Positions 26,325 to 38,930 of a stretch of DNA of 59,301 bases are shown here, piece after piece. Each line of letters opens with the position of its first letter. The first letter of the stretch is position 1. A program made the translations under genes and the position numbers. The notes below the pieces were generated by a model, which was not told the DNA's origin, searched no databases, and worked only from the letters and a program-made list of their open reading frames with translations. Origin of the DNA: Lenisia limosa. Lineage: Eukaryota > Protista > Breviatea. Where the stretch lies: contig LPNZ01010590.1 in assembly GCA_001655205.1 (NCBI GenBank), positions 1 through 59,301 of the forward strand, read 5' to 3'.

Positions 26325-29295
26325 ATGACTTCTACTCAGGCATTTGTGAAATGTCCCAATCTTCCAGCTTCTCAAATTCCTTTGACCCAATCCGAGGAGC
26401 GCCTTGAAACGGGGGTTATTCTCACGCTTTCCCCAAACCACATTGTAAGATTTGAACATCTGATAAGGTCAACAGATGGAGTAACAGAAGTCTGGGTGTG
26501 TGGGATACTTTTGTTCAGTTTAGAACCTATTGCTGTTATTCCATTTACCCTTACAGCTTGAGGAACTTTCAAATAAGTCCTTTAATCTTTTTGCAAGATG
26601 TTCAGATCCCTATTCTGTTATCAAAATGATTTTTGGGATAAAATCAGCTGTCAGGTGGGCAGTGTGGGACTGTAATATAACCTTTTACTAGGAGCACGAT
26701 GGACTGTTTTATGTTCTCTGGGGTTGCAGAGAGTATTGACGATCTTGTTCACGAAACAAACTTTGCTAACAAGTCCATTCGTATAACCGCCCATCCAAGA
26801 GTGAGTTTTTGTGTAATTAAATCAAAACAAGGCTAACCATCCAGATGTTGACATCAAGGCTTACTGCGTGCCTTCCAGAACATGTCAATCTTCAGCCTGT
26901 CAACTTCAGTCATGTATTTTCTGTAGTTCACTCCGAGGCACAAGTTTGAGGGTTTACATCGTCAGTTTGTATTGTTTTCCCTTGATTTGTTCTTCTATAA
27001 TATCGTTCACCTCTCAGGATCTATACTATTACACAGTTCACCCAGCCGAACAGTTTCATCGAGTTAATGAAGAATCGAGTAATTTAGATGCCCCATGCAG
27101 GTAGTGGCTACATTTAAAGAGCATTTATAAGGCTAAGGATAGAATTCAACTTCTCTAGTACTTCATACCAACATAAATCTATCTAATTACACAGACATCA
27201 TTATATTTTTACTATATATCTAAATTTTTTTAGTATATTACTATAAAGTATTATATCATATGATATGATATGTATTTTATATATTATCATACTCTATTTT
27301 GGCAAAAAGATGTTTTTGATAACTTTTAGCAATTTTACTCGTTTAAAGTCGAAATATAACCATTTTCGTTTTAGATTTTTGATTATTAACCTTTATTCAA
27401 AAAATAGTCATACTTGTTGAGTTGTGGCAAGAAAAAAAAACCTGTATTGAAAAACTACCTGAAAATACATTAATATTTGTTGAACTTCCGTTTGCGCCAA
27501 TAATTGTCTGGTACCTTCTTCCAATTGAGGAAATGAGGTTCTGAAAAAGAGTGAATATCGTAAAAAAAAAAGAGAGAAATAAAAAAAAGCACAATTGCTT
27601 GGCGAAAAAACCAGAATTTTGAANNNNNNNNNNATGGTCAGAATACTGTATGATTCTCCAAATTTGGGTAGCCGGCTCGGCACAAACTGCGGATTTCAGC
27701 TTTAGCGATATGATGACTAACCGACGAATGTTTCGCCATAGCTATATAAAAATTTGAAATATGATCCAAAATCAAATATATTAACTGTTGAAAGATGATA
27801 ACGATTCTCTAGTTAATACATATTATGTATAATATACTATAGCATCTACACAAATGAGGAATTTAGACTGAGCTCATAAAACCATAATACCAAAAAAACC
27901 ATAACTCCAATCCATTCCGTATTCATCACAAAACACAAACCTGTGTACATATCTTCATAAGTCGGTATTATGCGAAGTTTACACCTGAAAATGATCAAAG
28001 ACTGACACATCGTATTGATCATATGTAATATATAATATATACAGTATGTACTAGTTATAGCTGTATATTTCTGTAAATCGAAACGTGCAGTTAGAATTGA
28101 AGGAACAATAAACAGCCAGATTTGAAACGCTCCAAAATGTCACCCAGTTCTTTTTGAATTAAAAAAAAAAAAAAAAAATCTAAAAAAAAATNNNNNNNNN
28201 NNNNNNNNNNNNNNNNNNNNNNNNNNNNNNNNNNNNNNNNNNNNNNNNNNNNNNNNNNNNNNNNNNNNNNNNTTGTTTCCAAATGGTTATATTTTGACTT
28301 AAAATGAGTAAAATATTTTTGTCAATTATTATATTACGCCCTGTATAATACGATGTAAAGTATGTAGAGATGAGAAATAAAAGTATCTGATCGAAGCCGT
28401 CCACATCATCACTCTTAGAGGAGTCTAAATATAGTTGTGACGAAATGCAATTATTTTTCTTCTTGTGAAATAATTTGATTGTTTTAGAGCCTATTATAAG
28501 GCTCTTGAATCCTGGGACTTTTTGACTGAGGGGAGAGATACAAAGTCTTGGGCAGGTTTGTAGTGCAGTAATTGTTTTAGTTCGTGGTATTATTGTATTC
28601 CAAATAAACAGAAGCTACCTCTTTTTTTTAATATGCAATCAATGTGTTTTCTCAAAGCGTTTTAGCTCTTGACGTTGGAGCGTCACCTGGCGGATGGACG
28701 GCTGTCTTCGCCAAACACTGCAGGAAAGTTGTAGCTGTAGGCTGGTTCATTATAGTTTCTAGGAACACTAACGATCCTCCTTTACGAACATTGGGGTAAA
28801 ATTACCGAGACCTATTCTTCATATGACGACGAGTCCAACCAAGCTAACTCATTTTTTTAGGTGGACCCTGGGGCACTTGTACCTGAAGTTGCCAATTTAG
28901 AGCATGTTACTCATTTACAAGCACTGAGCTTTAACGTAGAGAGTGAGATCAAGGAAATGGTGAGACTAATGTCGGAGTAACATTCAGGGTCCCTACAACA
29001 TTATAGCATCCGATATGAATTGTTGTGTTGAAGTAGCATGTGGTATTATGCTTGGTCTGTCAAAACACTTGGTTTCTGGTGGTTGTCTCCTTTTGACACT
29101 GAAACTCAAATTGAGTGGCCACATTAAACTGGCTGAGGAGATACAACTTGCTTTCGATGTAAGTGTGGTATGAAGATTGTTTTTCATTCGTACGTGATAT
29201 TTTAGCGTCTTTCGGAAGCTTACCATGCACCCACAGTGAAATGGCTCTTTGCCAATAGTATCAATGAAAGAACTCTGATTGCTATCAAAAAGTAA
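26325..29295 (+). CDS. FtsJ/RlmM-like SAM-dependent RNA 2'-O-methyltransferase, multi-exon, with a 1.39 kb intron (27101-28487)
   Basis: DAPC/RAYYKALE across the long intron; DVGASPGGWT (SAM-binding); VAV/DPG; ASDMN; LTLK; C-terminal KWLFANSINERTLIAIKK*. Confidence 0.82.
27332..28314. mobile_element. Non-autonomous TIR element inside the methyltransferase intron
   Basis: 34-bp inverted repeats (27332-27365 vs 28281-28314, 31/34 identical) bracket an AT-rich interior containing two N-gaps. Confidence 0.55.
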
Positions 29296-29476
29296 AACAG
29301 GTTACTGTTTGGTATTTTCTGATTCTTTTCCAATTCTTGTATGGTGAATAAATTATTATATTATTAACATTAGGAAACATGAGTAAAAAATCAGTAGTTA
29401 AAACAGTCAAGAAACAAAAACAAACAAAAAAGAAAGTCATTCTTCTTTGTTGAAGTTGGGGTTACGAGGGGATCGC

Positions 29477-31239
29477 TTAATTGCAACCTAAGTGGTAAAG
29501 AAAAGGAAAGATGACTTGAATGGTTTTGCAAACTTTAGTGAAGTTTTGCCTTCTTCTAGGTTGTGGCGGGCTGATAGGATGGGGGCTTCCTGCAACAATG
29601 TTGGTTCGCCGTATTTCGCCTCCAACTTGATAAGTTCGAAGAGACAGCAGAGATCTCACATCCTATAATGTGAAAGCACCATAGAAAAGACGGTCAAGAG
29701 AATCCAACTCACATCAACGTCTTTCAAAGCAGACATGAAGGGTATAAGGTCAAGGAGAGCAGTGTCCTGCTCCTGGTCAAGTTCCGCCACATATGACTTG
29801 ATTGGGATGGCATTGCTCGGATTAAACGCATAGGCATCAGGAGAATTGTCAAGAATGATCACCTAAAGAGTGAGGGTTAGAATAGCTATTACCACCCTCA
29901 TACCTTCGAGAGATTCTTACGGACTGACGAAAGATCCTTAACAAAGTGAGGTTGCTGAGCCCCATCTGGCCGTGAGGAATGCGCCAAGGTGCAGTGTCGT
30001 CTGTACATCCTGGAGAAAATGGGGTTAGTGGGCTTCCTACATTCAAAAAGATAAATTCTGTCTTTTAATATATACTACATACTATATACATATCGATATA
30101 TGATATGATATATAATTAATTCACAGAAGAATGCACTATGATGTAATATGAAGTACTGTAGCTAAATGTAAAATCCCATACAACAACTTTTTGCACGAAC
30201 CTTGCTTTAAACTGATTTTTAGGGTCAAGAGCATTGATGATGTGATCGGCATAGTTTGGCAATGAGGCTGTGAAAAGGACAACATCATACCATCGTAGCA
30301 TCTAATTAATCAACAACAAGAAAATACAAAAGCACTACGATGCTACTTCAATTATACTGAAATGAGAACATCATGGATTGGAATGAAAAGTACACTAATA
30401 TTCCAGGCATCTTCCCACAATGCCCAATTAGCAACTTTCAATCAAAATACTACCAGTTCCCTACATACCACCTCCAGAAACTGATGTACATGAGGCCGAA
30501 AGTAAACATTAAAGGTACCATCTGGTAACTAAAAAAAGATAAAAAAAAAAAAAAAAAANNNNNNNNNNNNNNNNNNNNNNNNNNNNNNNNNNNNNNNNNN
30601 NNNNNNNNNNNNNNNNNNNNGAAGGCTTGCTCAAAGTCAAGCGAAAATAAGTACCAAAAAAGCGATAATCATTTCACACCTCAACCAGCATATCAGGTTT
30701 CCTATGAGACATGGGGTACAATGTACTCTTAATCAGCGTTTCATCAAGATCGAGCACCAAAGTCTTTCGTGGGCCCTACAAGGTAAGGCTAAAAAAGGCT
30801 GGTATATAGCAAGGCTTTTTTAAACCCTCGCAAACCTGAACAATTGGTGGTAAATAGTCCCAAAACAACAACGAGAGCACCTCAAACAGTTGCAACGGTA
30901 AGGATTCTGCAAACATAAACAATGCCCAAGTAACCTGCACAATCACCAGAACTCCCTCATACTCGTTGAGGAACGAAACTGACATCGTGCGTGGAGTTCC
31001 AGAATAAATGTTTGAAAGGCCGTCGTGATTGATCGAAGAGAGTGCACTGGATGGAGAAGGCTCCATATCACGATGCCTATGAAACAAAAAATGGTTTCGA
31101 GGCCCAGAAAGGCGAGGCGGTGGAGGTAGGCTACAAACTGGACAGCTCTTTGTGGAATCAAGACGACAAAGACAGCAAAAGCGTTGATAGCAGCCAGGAA
31201 AGCCAATATTCGATCAATTAGATACTCTGCTATTCTCAT
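29477..31239 (-). CDS. NEM1/CTDNEP1 (Dullard)-like HAD phosphatase with hydrophobic N-terminus
   Basis: RKTLVLDLDETLI (DxDx(T/V) motif), YFRPHV, WYDVVLFTASLPNYAD, FVKDLS, IILDNSPDAY, ALLDLIPFMSAL, DVRSLLSLR. The N-terminus is transmembrane-like, as in NEM1/Dullard. Confidence 0.87.
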
Positions 31240-31540
31240 TTGGCGAATAAATCGCCACAGTCAAAATATCATACAAAGTCAGTCTTCAAAGAATCTAGAT
31301 AAGTTTCAGTCAACTAACAGAGGATATATTCACACCTGTCTCTCTGCATTACTCGCTCTTTCACCTATTTAAAAAATATCACATTCTGAGTACTAGATAA
31401 AAGATCATAAAGATCTTTGATATGACAAAATAATTAATTACCATTTCAGGCACAATGTAGTTCAGGTTATCCTATGTTAGCGGCTAGCTGTAAAAATGCC
31501 AAAAATGGGCAGGGGACGAGGGATTATATCAAAGAAAAGT

Positions 31541-32523
31541 CTACTCCTTCTGGATGATAACCTTGGTACCGCGAATACGTCCAGTACGGCGGGCAGCGAT
31601 AAGACCGACCTTGGCACCGTGAGGGGCATCACGACGAACGGTAGAAGCGTGACCGATATGTTGATGGTTACCACCACCGTGGGGATGCTCGACGGGGTTC
31701 ATAGCAACACCACGAACGACGGGCCAGCAGTTACGCTTGACCTTGTACTTGTGGTAGGCGTTACCAGCCTTGAGGAGAGGCTTGTCGAGACGTCCACCAC
31801 CAGCAACGATACCAACCTTAAAAAAGTAAAGAACATCCACAAAATACATGAATAGAGTGTGATTCAACCAAAAATGAAAGTCTGGAAAACGCTTACGGTA
31901 GCACGGCAGGCAGAAGAAAGGGTCTTCTTGGAGCCAGAGGGGAGCTTAACGCGAGTAACGTTCTCATCGGGGTTGTGAGAGATGATGGTAGCGTAGTCAC
32001 CGGAGCAGCGAGCGAGCTTTCCGCGGTCACCAGCCTTGGCCTCAACATTCATGACGATGGCACCCTCAGGCATCTCACCAACGGGGAGAGTGTTGCCGAT
32101 AGCAAGAGTAGCTTTAATGGTCATCAAAGAATCAAAGACCATTAATTCCCTTTCAACAATACAATTCGGCAAAGGTAAATCCACTGCTTACCCTTCTTTC
32201 CAGAGTAAAGGTACTGGCCAGTGTGAACACCTTCGGGGGCGATGGTGATCTCGTTATCGCGTTGGAAGCGGTAAGCGTTGCGGTATTGGAGCTTCATGAG
32301 AGGAGCACCACGTCCGGACTCGTGAACGATGTCCTTGACAACACCCTAAGGGATTAGATATCCCCATATACCACAAAAGAGTTGCTAGAAAGCTTACGCG
32401 AGTGTAGCCAGTGCGCTCAGCATAGTCGAGAGCACGGTGCTTGGCAGCCCCTTGGCGAAGGCGAGTGTGTGACTTGAAGATGCCACCGTGACCCTTACGT
32501 TGTGCGCGAATAACACGTCCCAT
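31541..32523 (-). CDS. RPL8: 60S ribosomal protein L8 (uL2); probable 5'-UTR intron ending immediately before the ATG
   Basis: [11 protein letters not shown]...; [20 protein letters not shown]; [11 protein letters not shown]. Confidence 0.98.
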
Positions 32524-32647
32524 CTAAGAACATTAGGACTGCTTCTATCTGAAAAACCCATCATATTCAAAAAATCAATAAATAAACCACATACTTGTCC
32601 GCTAAAAAGGTTTAGGAAAACACAAAATGAAAAATAAAAAGGAAAAG

Positions 32648-32672
32648 GTTCAGTTCACTGAATGAACTGAAC
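32648..32672. promoter_or_regulatory. Palindromic GTTCAGTTCA-N5-TGAACTGAAC motif in the RPL8 / transporter divergent promoter
   Basis: Perfect 10-bp IR. The 12-mer GTTCAGTTCACT recurs at 45339-45350 upstream of RPL24. The function is inferred only. Confidence 0.4.
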
Positions 32673-32959
32673 TCCGTGAATTTATTGTGTCAGGTTTCAT
32701 TTGTGGTAGGTTTTCCAGAACCCTTTCCTTCATTCAACAACCTCGGCTCATGTTAATTGCTTAAAACCCCAAATTAGAAACACCGCGGACTGAAGAAGAA
32801 CACAATACTTCGCAGGATCTGGTCTCACCTAGGGGTATATCGAAACAAGTTTATTCCCCAGCTCTAACAGCAAGAGATATCCTCTCGATATCCTTTGTGA
32901 GCTGACTTTCTGACTTTCTTGCTTTCTCGTCAGAAATCAAATCCTTATCGCTTCACAAA

Positions 32960-35503
32960 ATGGCTTCTCCAGAGGAAGTGAGAGTTGAGGTTCAAGGTAT
33001 GATTTGAGTTTGTTTCCCTTCTGGCGTTTAAAACTTATGATTTTAGGAGGGCGTGCAGATATTTATTCACCAGATGGGGACCTTTCCAATCCCAGTTGGT
33101 GAACTTTCATAAATACTACTTCCATTTTGTTGTTCAACTGTTTGATAACTTCGAGTCCAATACTTTAAACCAGAGCCAAAGCTAACTATTCAGAGGCAGC
33201 GATATCCGTTGGTTTGCCACCAACAACAGCACAGAGTTTGGAACGTAGTTCGCTGTTGGCTGGACCGGGTATGCATGATAATCTCCCGCCCATTTGGGGG
33301 TGTTCAGCAGCAATGGGTATTTTTAAAGTATTGAATAAAGTCAGGAGTCATTGTACTAGGGAAACGATTGAAGCCTTCTCAGCCCTCTGCTGCTGCCTTG
33401 ACTTCCCCAACTATGACTTTCTTCAATCTTTGCAAGGTTTTGAGGAATTCAATCGTCACCTTTGAATTCAGCTTATCCGTGACCTGTCTAGACTCTTGTT
33501 GGGTCAGGCATTCTGGGACTGCCTTTCGGGTTCAGCCTAGTTGGCTACGGTCTTGGAGCAGCAAGTGGGCTGGGATGAATGGACCTGAAGTGACCCATTT
33601 TGGCTTCATTTTTCACTTCACTTAATTCCAGCTTTGGTATTCCTTGGTTTCCTTTCGCTGTACTGCATGCATCTCTTACTGAAGGCTCGAGAAAACACAT
33701 CACCTGAGGCGTTCACTTATGTTGGAGTAGCTTCACGAGCTTTCGGCAAAGCCGGGTCCAGGGTCACGACTTTTAGTCTTCTAGTTACCCAAATGGGCTT
33801 CTGTGTAGCCTACACCATATTCATTGGTAGGCTGAGTCTTTTGCAACTCAATTTTTTTCAAAATATATATCATATGATATATAAAAAAAAAGTAAGTAAT
33901 GCCAATTAGGTGAGAACCTCCATCAATTAACCGGTCTCATGTCATCTGTCCGGTGGATGGTAATGACATGGCCAGTATTAGGTCAGTCCTTGGGTCAGCG
34001 TTACGCCGAACTTCCCATATTCATTTTTCAGTTCTTCTCTCCCTTCTCCGCTCATTGAAACGTCTTGCACCAGCAGCAGTTTTTGGCTTCGGCATTATGA
34101 TTTGTATGTTTTGTGTCAAGTGACCTTACTTCTTTAGTTGCCTGTACTGTTATTATGTTCTATGCTACACTTGAAATCAAAGATGTCAGTTGAGTTTTCC
34201 TTGAAATTGTCTAAAGTACCAGTTCCCTGTGTTTTTTTTTTGTTTAGAAAACTCATTATTATTGTTGTAGGCTGACCCATCAACCGAGACAGTAAATTTT
34301 AGAGGGCTTCCCATTTTCATTGGAATGGCAGCCTATTCGTTTGAGTGCATTGGCTTGGTGCTTCCGTGTTCAATATCTATCAGGTGAGCTAATGAGATGT
34401 TCTCTTGTGCTGTCTACCGCCAGTATGATATGTGTTACTGACCCATTCCAAGATTTGACATGTTTTAGTAAACCCGAAAAGTTCGGAAAGATCCTGAATA
34501 TGAGTGTTCTTCTCTCTTTGGTAAGGTACAGTTGTGTAATCAGTAATATCCATTGGTGTTTTTGATTGTAAAACCATTCTTTATGATTTGATGTCAGTAC
34601 ATATGCCATGCCATTAATGCCAATTAGGGTATTTTTGTTTCCTTTGCCGCAGTCTGCTACCATGGCTTTGGAAGTGAAACTGACGACATTATTACCAAAA
34701 ATCTCCCGGAGAATGCGGTTGCAAGTAGGCTAAGTTTCTCCAGCTCTGTAATCATTGAGTTTTCAAAGCTAATCAGTTTCTGTTATCACAATTTACATCT
34801 CTCTAGTATTATACAAGTAATTCAGGATATATGATATGCATGTGATATAATATAGTAATTAATTTCTCTTCAGCTAAAATGGCGGAACTTGGCCTTGTTT
34901 TAGCCCTAGTTGCAACGTTTCCAATTCAGCTGTTTCCTGTTATTGGGGTAAGAGGGAGGAGATTGGTGAATGGATTTTTTTTTTAAAAAAATCATTATGT
35001 GATAAATATCATACAACCAAGTTCATGAAAATCTCATTATTAAGCTTGCTGAACGAGGTGTCTTTGGAGATCCCAATAAAGCGCCTTCCTACAAGCGTAA
35101 TATAGTGAGGTGAGTTAGTGTTGCTTTTCCCATCACAAATGTGATAGTGTTGGTGGTTTCTATATCGTGTACTATATTGTCCTGTCTTTCTAATAAATGC
35201 AACAGGTTCTGTGTTGCAAGTGTATGTGTCGCAATGGCAGTTTTCATTCCGGCGTTTGGCCTGGTGATGGGCTTTGTTGGCTCCTTTGGTTGTTCAACAC
35301 TCTGCTTCACCCTTCCTTCTGCATTGAATCTCCAGGTGGGTAATTCACATCGTGCTTCTGTCTAGCTTCATATATTAACTGTTCAGCTCTGTACTAATGG
35401 TAAATTTATGAAGATAGTTAAGTTGCTAATCTTCGGATTTGGGCTTTTGGTTACAGTACTTGGGACTATTGATTCAACAATAGAAATTATCAAAATCATG
35501 TAA
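32960..35503 (+). CDS. Aa_trans-family amino-acid transporter (SLC36/AVT3-like), multi-exon
   Basis: TFFNLCK, GILGLPFGF, YCMHLL...TYVGVASRAFGKAG...TQMGFCVAYTIFI, FIGMAAYSFECIGLVLP, YGFGSETDDIITKNLP, GFVGSFGCSTLCFTLP. Confidence 0.9.
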
Positions 35504-35919
35504 TTGTATTTTTTTTTTTTTTTTGTTTGTTTTGTTTTCCATGGTATGAATTATTTAAAAATGTACGACTTGTGTTTGATTGTTGTGCGAAACTAGCATC
35601 AAAGATGCCATGGCCATTCTCTAGGGTCACTGAAGCCATTTATGTTTCCCGTTCTTTCTTATACTTCTTATAATATATGATATCTTCACAAATTCACAAA
35701 TATTTTTCAAAGCGAGATGTGCATCGAACTTTTTGGGCTCGAGTCAAGTTCGAGTCCACTACAAGTCTTGCACCAGTTTGGTTTACGTTATACATTGTCT
35801 TTTTTGGCGGCTGTTTGGCGGTGTGGTGAATTTTGTGATGAAGGTGAATGAAAGGAGAATGAGAAGGGGAGAAGAGGTTGGATCCCTGGCATTTCAACTA
35901 GACCCAGATCGTAGATCGT

Positions 35920-36560
35920 TTTGAAAAAGCGCCCAATCTGCACCAATTGGCCACCATCGCACCATCAACATCAAACCCACAAAAGACTTTAGAAAGAAAA
36001 CTAACATAGAAACAGATACAAGAAACAAAAACGAAACAAAGGGCTTGCTGCTCTGCTCCATAGATATTATCGTCCGCTTAAAGAACTCCTTCTTGCCCAG
36101 GCGCGACTCCCTTTCTTCCTTCTCTTTCGTTTTCTCTTCTTCTTCCATCTGTTTTGGGTTCCTTCCTCGACTCACAACTCTTATACCATTGCCTTATCGT
36201 TTTGAACACATCATCCGCTTCTTTATTTTCTTCTCTTTCTCCTTTCTTCGACTTTTTTTCTTCAACTCCTTCTTTTGTGTTCTTCATTACTTCTTCTCTT
36301 TCTCCTTTCTTCGACTTTTTTTCTTCAACTCCTTCTTTTGTGTTCTTCATTACTTCTTCTCTTTCTCGATCCATACTTCTACATTCCTCCAGTATATGTC
36401 CTGTGCTTCTTACTCCTTCCACTCCACATACCTGGCACCTTCTCTTATCTTCTGAACTCTTCCTTCTTCCTTCTTCGTTTAGTCTCATCTTTCTTTTAGT
36501 TCTTCATCTTCCTCCTTCTCAAATCTTTCTCCAAAAAGTTTCGGGTACTCATCTTCATGA
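35920..36560 (-). mobile_element. 3' fragment of a LINE-like element (C-terminal CCHC zinc knuckle) with an internal 63-bp tandem duplication
   Basis: RLNEEGR...RRCQVCGVEGVRSTGHILEECRSMDRER fits the C-x2-C...H-x4-C motif at the end of LINE ORF2. A 21-aa unit is repeated (36228-36367). The downstream end reads TTTTCAAAA. Confidence 0.6.
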
Positions 36561-36799
36561 ATAATGAATGGTTTGGTAATTGGTATTAAGAACCCACAAA
36601 GTAACTTACATTAGTTACATAATGTAAATAAATAATCAGGTTTTTTGTGCACCCTGAGAGTCCGCCCAGTTCGCCAAAGGTGTGTAGGTTGATAGTTTTG
36701 GTGTGGTTATACACCGGTGGTGGTTCACTTGTAGCCTGCTGCCTCCTAAGTTCATCCAGTGATCAGCCATCAGCCATCATACCATCATACCTCTTGCCC

Positions 36800-38885
36800 A
36801 TGTCCAGCTCTTCCAAGTTTAAGGGTAAGGTTCAGGTTGACAAATCCCAAAGGGAAGAGATAGAAACTACACGAAACACCCTACAAGATGCCTTGAGACA
36901 GGTAAACTCTTTTTTGATTGGCAGGTATATTTATATACCAGGTCACTGAAGTTCGTTGTCATGCCCGAAATATTTTTCATCTGCTTTCAAAGGCTCAAGA
37001 AAAGTCTCCCAAAGACGGGAAGCAAGTTAATTACTTAACTCCACAATGTTTGGGTGGATTTATTGTCTCAATGGTTGGCAACTTACCACATAGCTGTTCC
37101 CGAAAAGATTGTGACTGAAGTGAGTCAGGCCTTTGGAGTCATCGATAATATTGTAAAAAAAGTTGATGAAACCAAGATTAAATGTTTGAAAATTCAATAT
37201 TGATCTTTTAAGCCTACTTTCATCAACTTAAAGATGAAGATAATGCTTCGTAAGTTACTTCTTTACCTTATTGCATGCAGCACTCCTCTTAGTACATTGG
37301 CAAATGAAAGCGGAAATACCAAACAGTCTTTTCAGTTTTTTTCTATTCTATTTAATGCTGGTATATTCTCAGTTTACGAGGCCAGCTGGAAAGTTTTCAA
37401 ATAAAATTATCTCTTCTGACTCATAGCTGTCAATGTATAAATCCGGACCCAGAGAAATCAGGACAGGTATATGGACAGCACCGACCTCAATCCTTTAGTT
37501 ACTGTCTGAGAGCCTTCCTCATATTCCACCTTCTCCTGCCATTTTGAATATGCCAGAGCCAGGATCACCCTTTGAAGTATTAATAGGTTTTTGTCTTTCA
37601 AAAAGTTGTCTCATTCTTAGGTGGTTTTCATATCTCCTCTTCTTTACTTCAAGTTACTGTCAAAATCAAGTTAGTTTTCTTTATATTCATTGTAAAGGCC
37701 TTTAAAAGATATGTTGTCACTTGTTCAAGTGGAATCACTTAATGTTCATGGATTGGATGAAAAGGTTCGTGTTTTGTTCTTATTGTTGATATCTTTTGGA
37801 AAACCTTCGAAATATGCAGTCATGCGGTGTCTCACAGAACAATATACACAAGCTGTTTTGCGCAATTCTTGTGATCTTGTCACACTAATGGTGGGTCTTG
37901 GTGGAAAGTGATTTTGTTCTAGTATAAATGAAAACGATTGTGATGATAAAACGCATAAGTTACTTTTGATAATGCTATAGTAGCCCTGAGCTGCTGTTAG
38001 CTTACTTAACCAGTTGCATTTTTTTTTTATGTGTATATAAGTTTAACTGGTGTTTTGCGGTTTTCTGGTGGTATCACGATCTTCAGAGCGAATAAAACAC
38101 AGTTTGTTGACAAGGCGTCATTTTTTTTTTGCTCGTTGGACTGTTCTTGAACTGTTCTTGAACTTTGACTTCAGTGGATTATGACAGGAACTCATGCTAT
38201 ACTTTTTTCTTTGTTTTTATCTCCACAGTGACTTCATCTTTTGCCTGTTACCCGCTATTATTCTATTTGCTTTTAATGCGAACAAAAATTTGTGAGTAGA
38301 CGTCTTTTTCCCGCTTGGCCCAAATGATGAAAATCCCTGGGGAAAACTGACAAACCAAAATTCCCCATATTCCCTCAAAACACCCTCGGGAATTGCCAGG
38401 AGTGGGCTCGTTTGATTGTATTGCAGGTGATCCTCGGGATGAACTCAGCTCAAGCCCTGATTCATCCCTCTGAACACCCTTAACACAATCAAACTCTTCG
38501 CACCCTCCCCCCATGTTTTATCGGTACTGGCATCCAATACAAATTGAAAATATCCTTTCAACATCAAAAGGTGTTGAAATCTTCTCCAGAGATGACCATT
38601 TCCCCTTTTTTTTACGGAATAATGTAGCGTGTCGACTTTTTTTTTAATCTCATATCATCCCCTAGTTAAGTCGCTGTCTCATATTTCTTATTAACACAAC
38701 CAGAGACTAATAATGGGGAAGCCAATTTTCCAAATTTGCTGTTCTTGTCGTCAAATGTTTGCCTATGACGGACGGCTGAAGACAATGATCCCGGCCATTG
38801 TAAGCTTGTTGCCTTACTGTATTCTTGACATTTTCAGATTCAACATGACAAGAAGCACTACCATCCTTCTTGCTTTCAACAGTAG
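36800..38885 (+). CDS. MED27: Probable Mediator subunit 27, multi-exon
   Basis: ALRQ/VTEVRCHARNIFHLL, QVESLNVHGLDEK, PSKYAVMRCLTEQYTQA, PELLLAYLTS and C-terminal FQICCSCRQMF...HYHPSC (C2HC zinc module) are colinear with MED27. Middle exons are unresolved. Confidence 0.65.
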
Positions 38886-38930
38886 ACTGTCAAAAAAGAA
38901 AAGAAATGTATTCGAGAAATTGAGTATAAC

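Noticed and set aside
27118-27160. AG at 27118-27119 as the acceptor ending the methyltransferase gene early
   Set aside because: It would need a 19-nt intron and would lose the SAM-binding domain; the conserved RAYYK exon is at 28488.
31496-31855. Plus-strand ORF (119 aa) and similar antisense ORFs over conserved genes
   Set aside because: These are antisense shadows of RPL8 and other codon-biased exons, with no independent evidence.
35701-35760. 15-bp match AAAGCGAGATGTGCA to 12132-12146, plus a nearby GTTCGAGTCC B-box-like word (possible SINE)
   Set aside because: No A box or cloverleaf and no extension of the match; compatible with chance.
36078-36564. Overlapping ORFs on both strands as host genes
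   Set aside because: The plus-strand ORFs result from stop-poor pyrimidine-rich sequence. The minus-strand frame is better explained as a LINE C-terminus.
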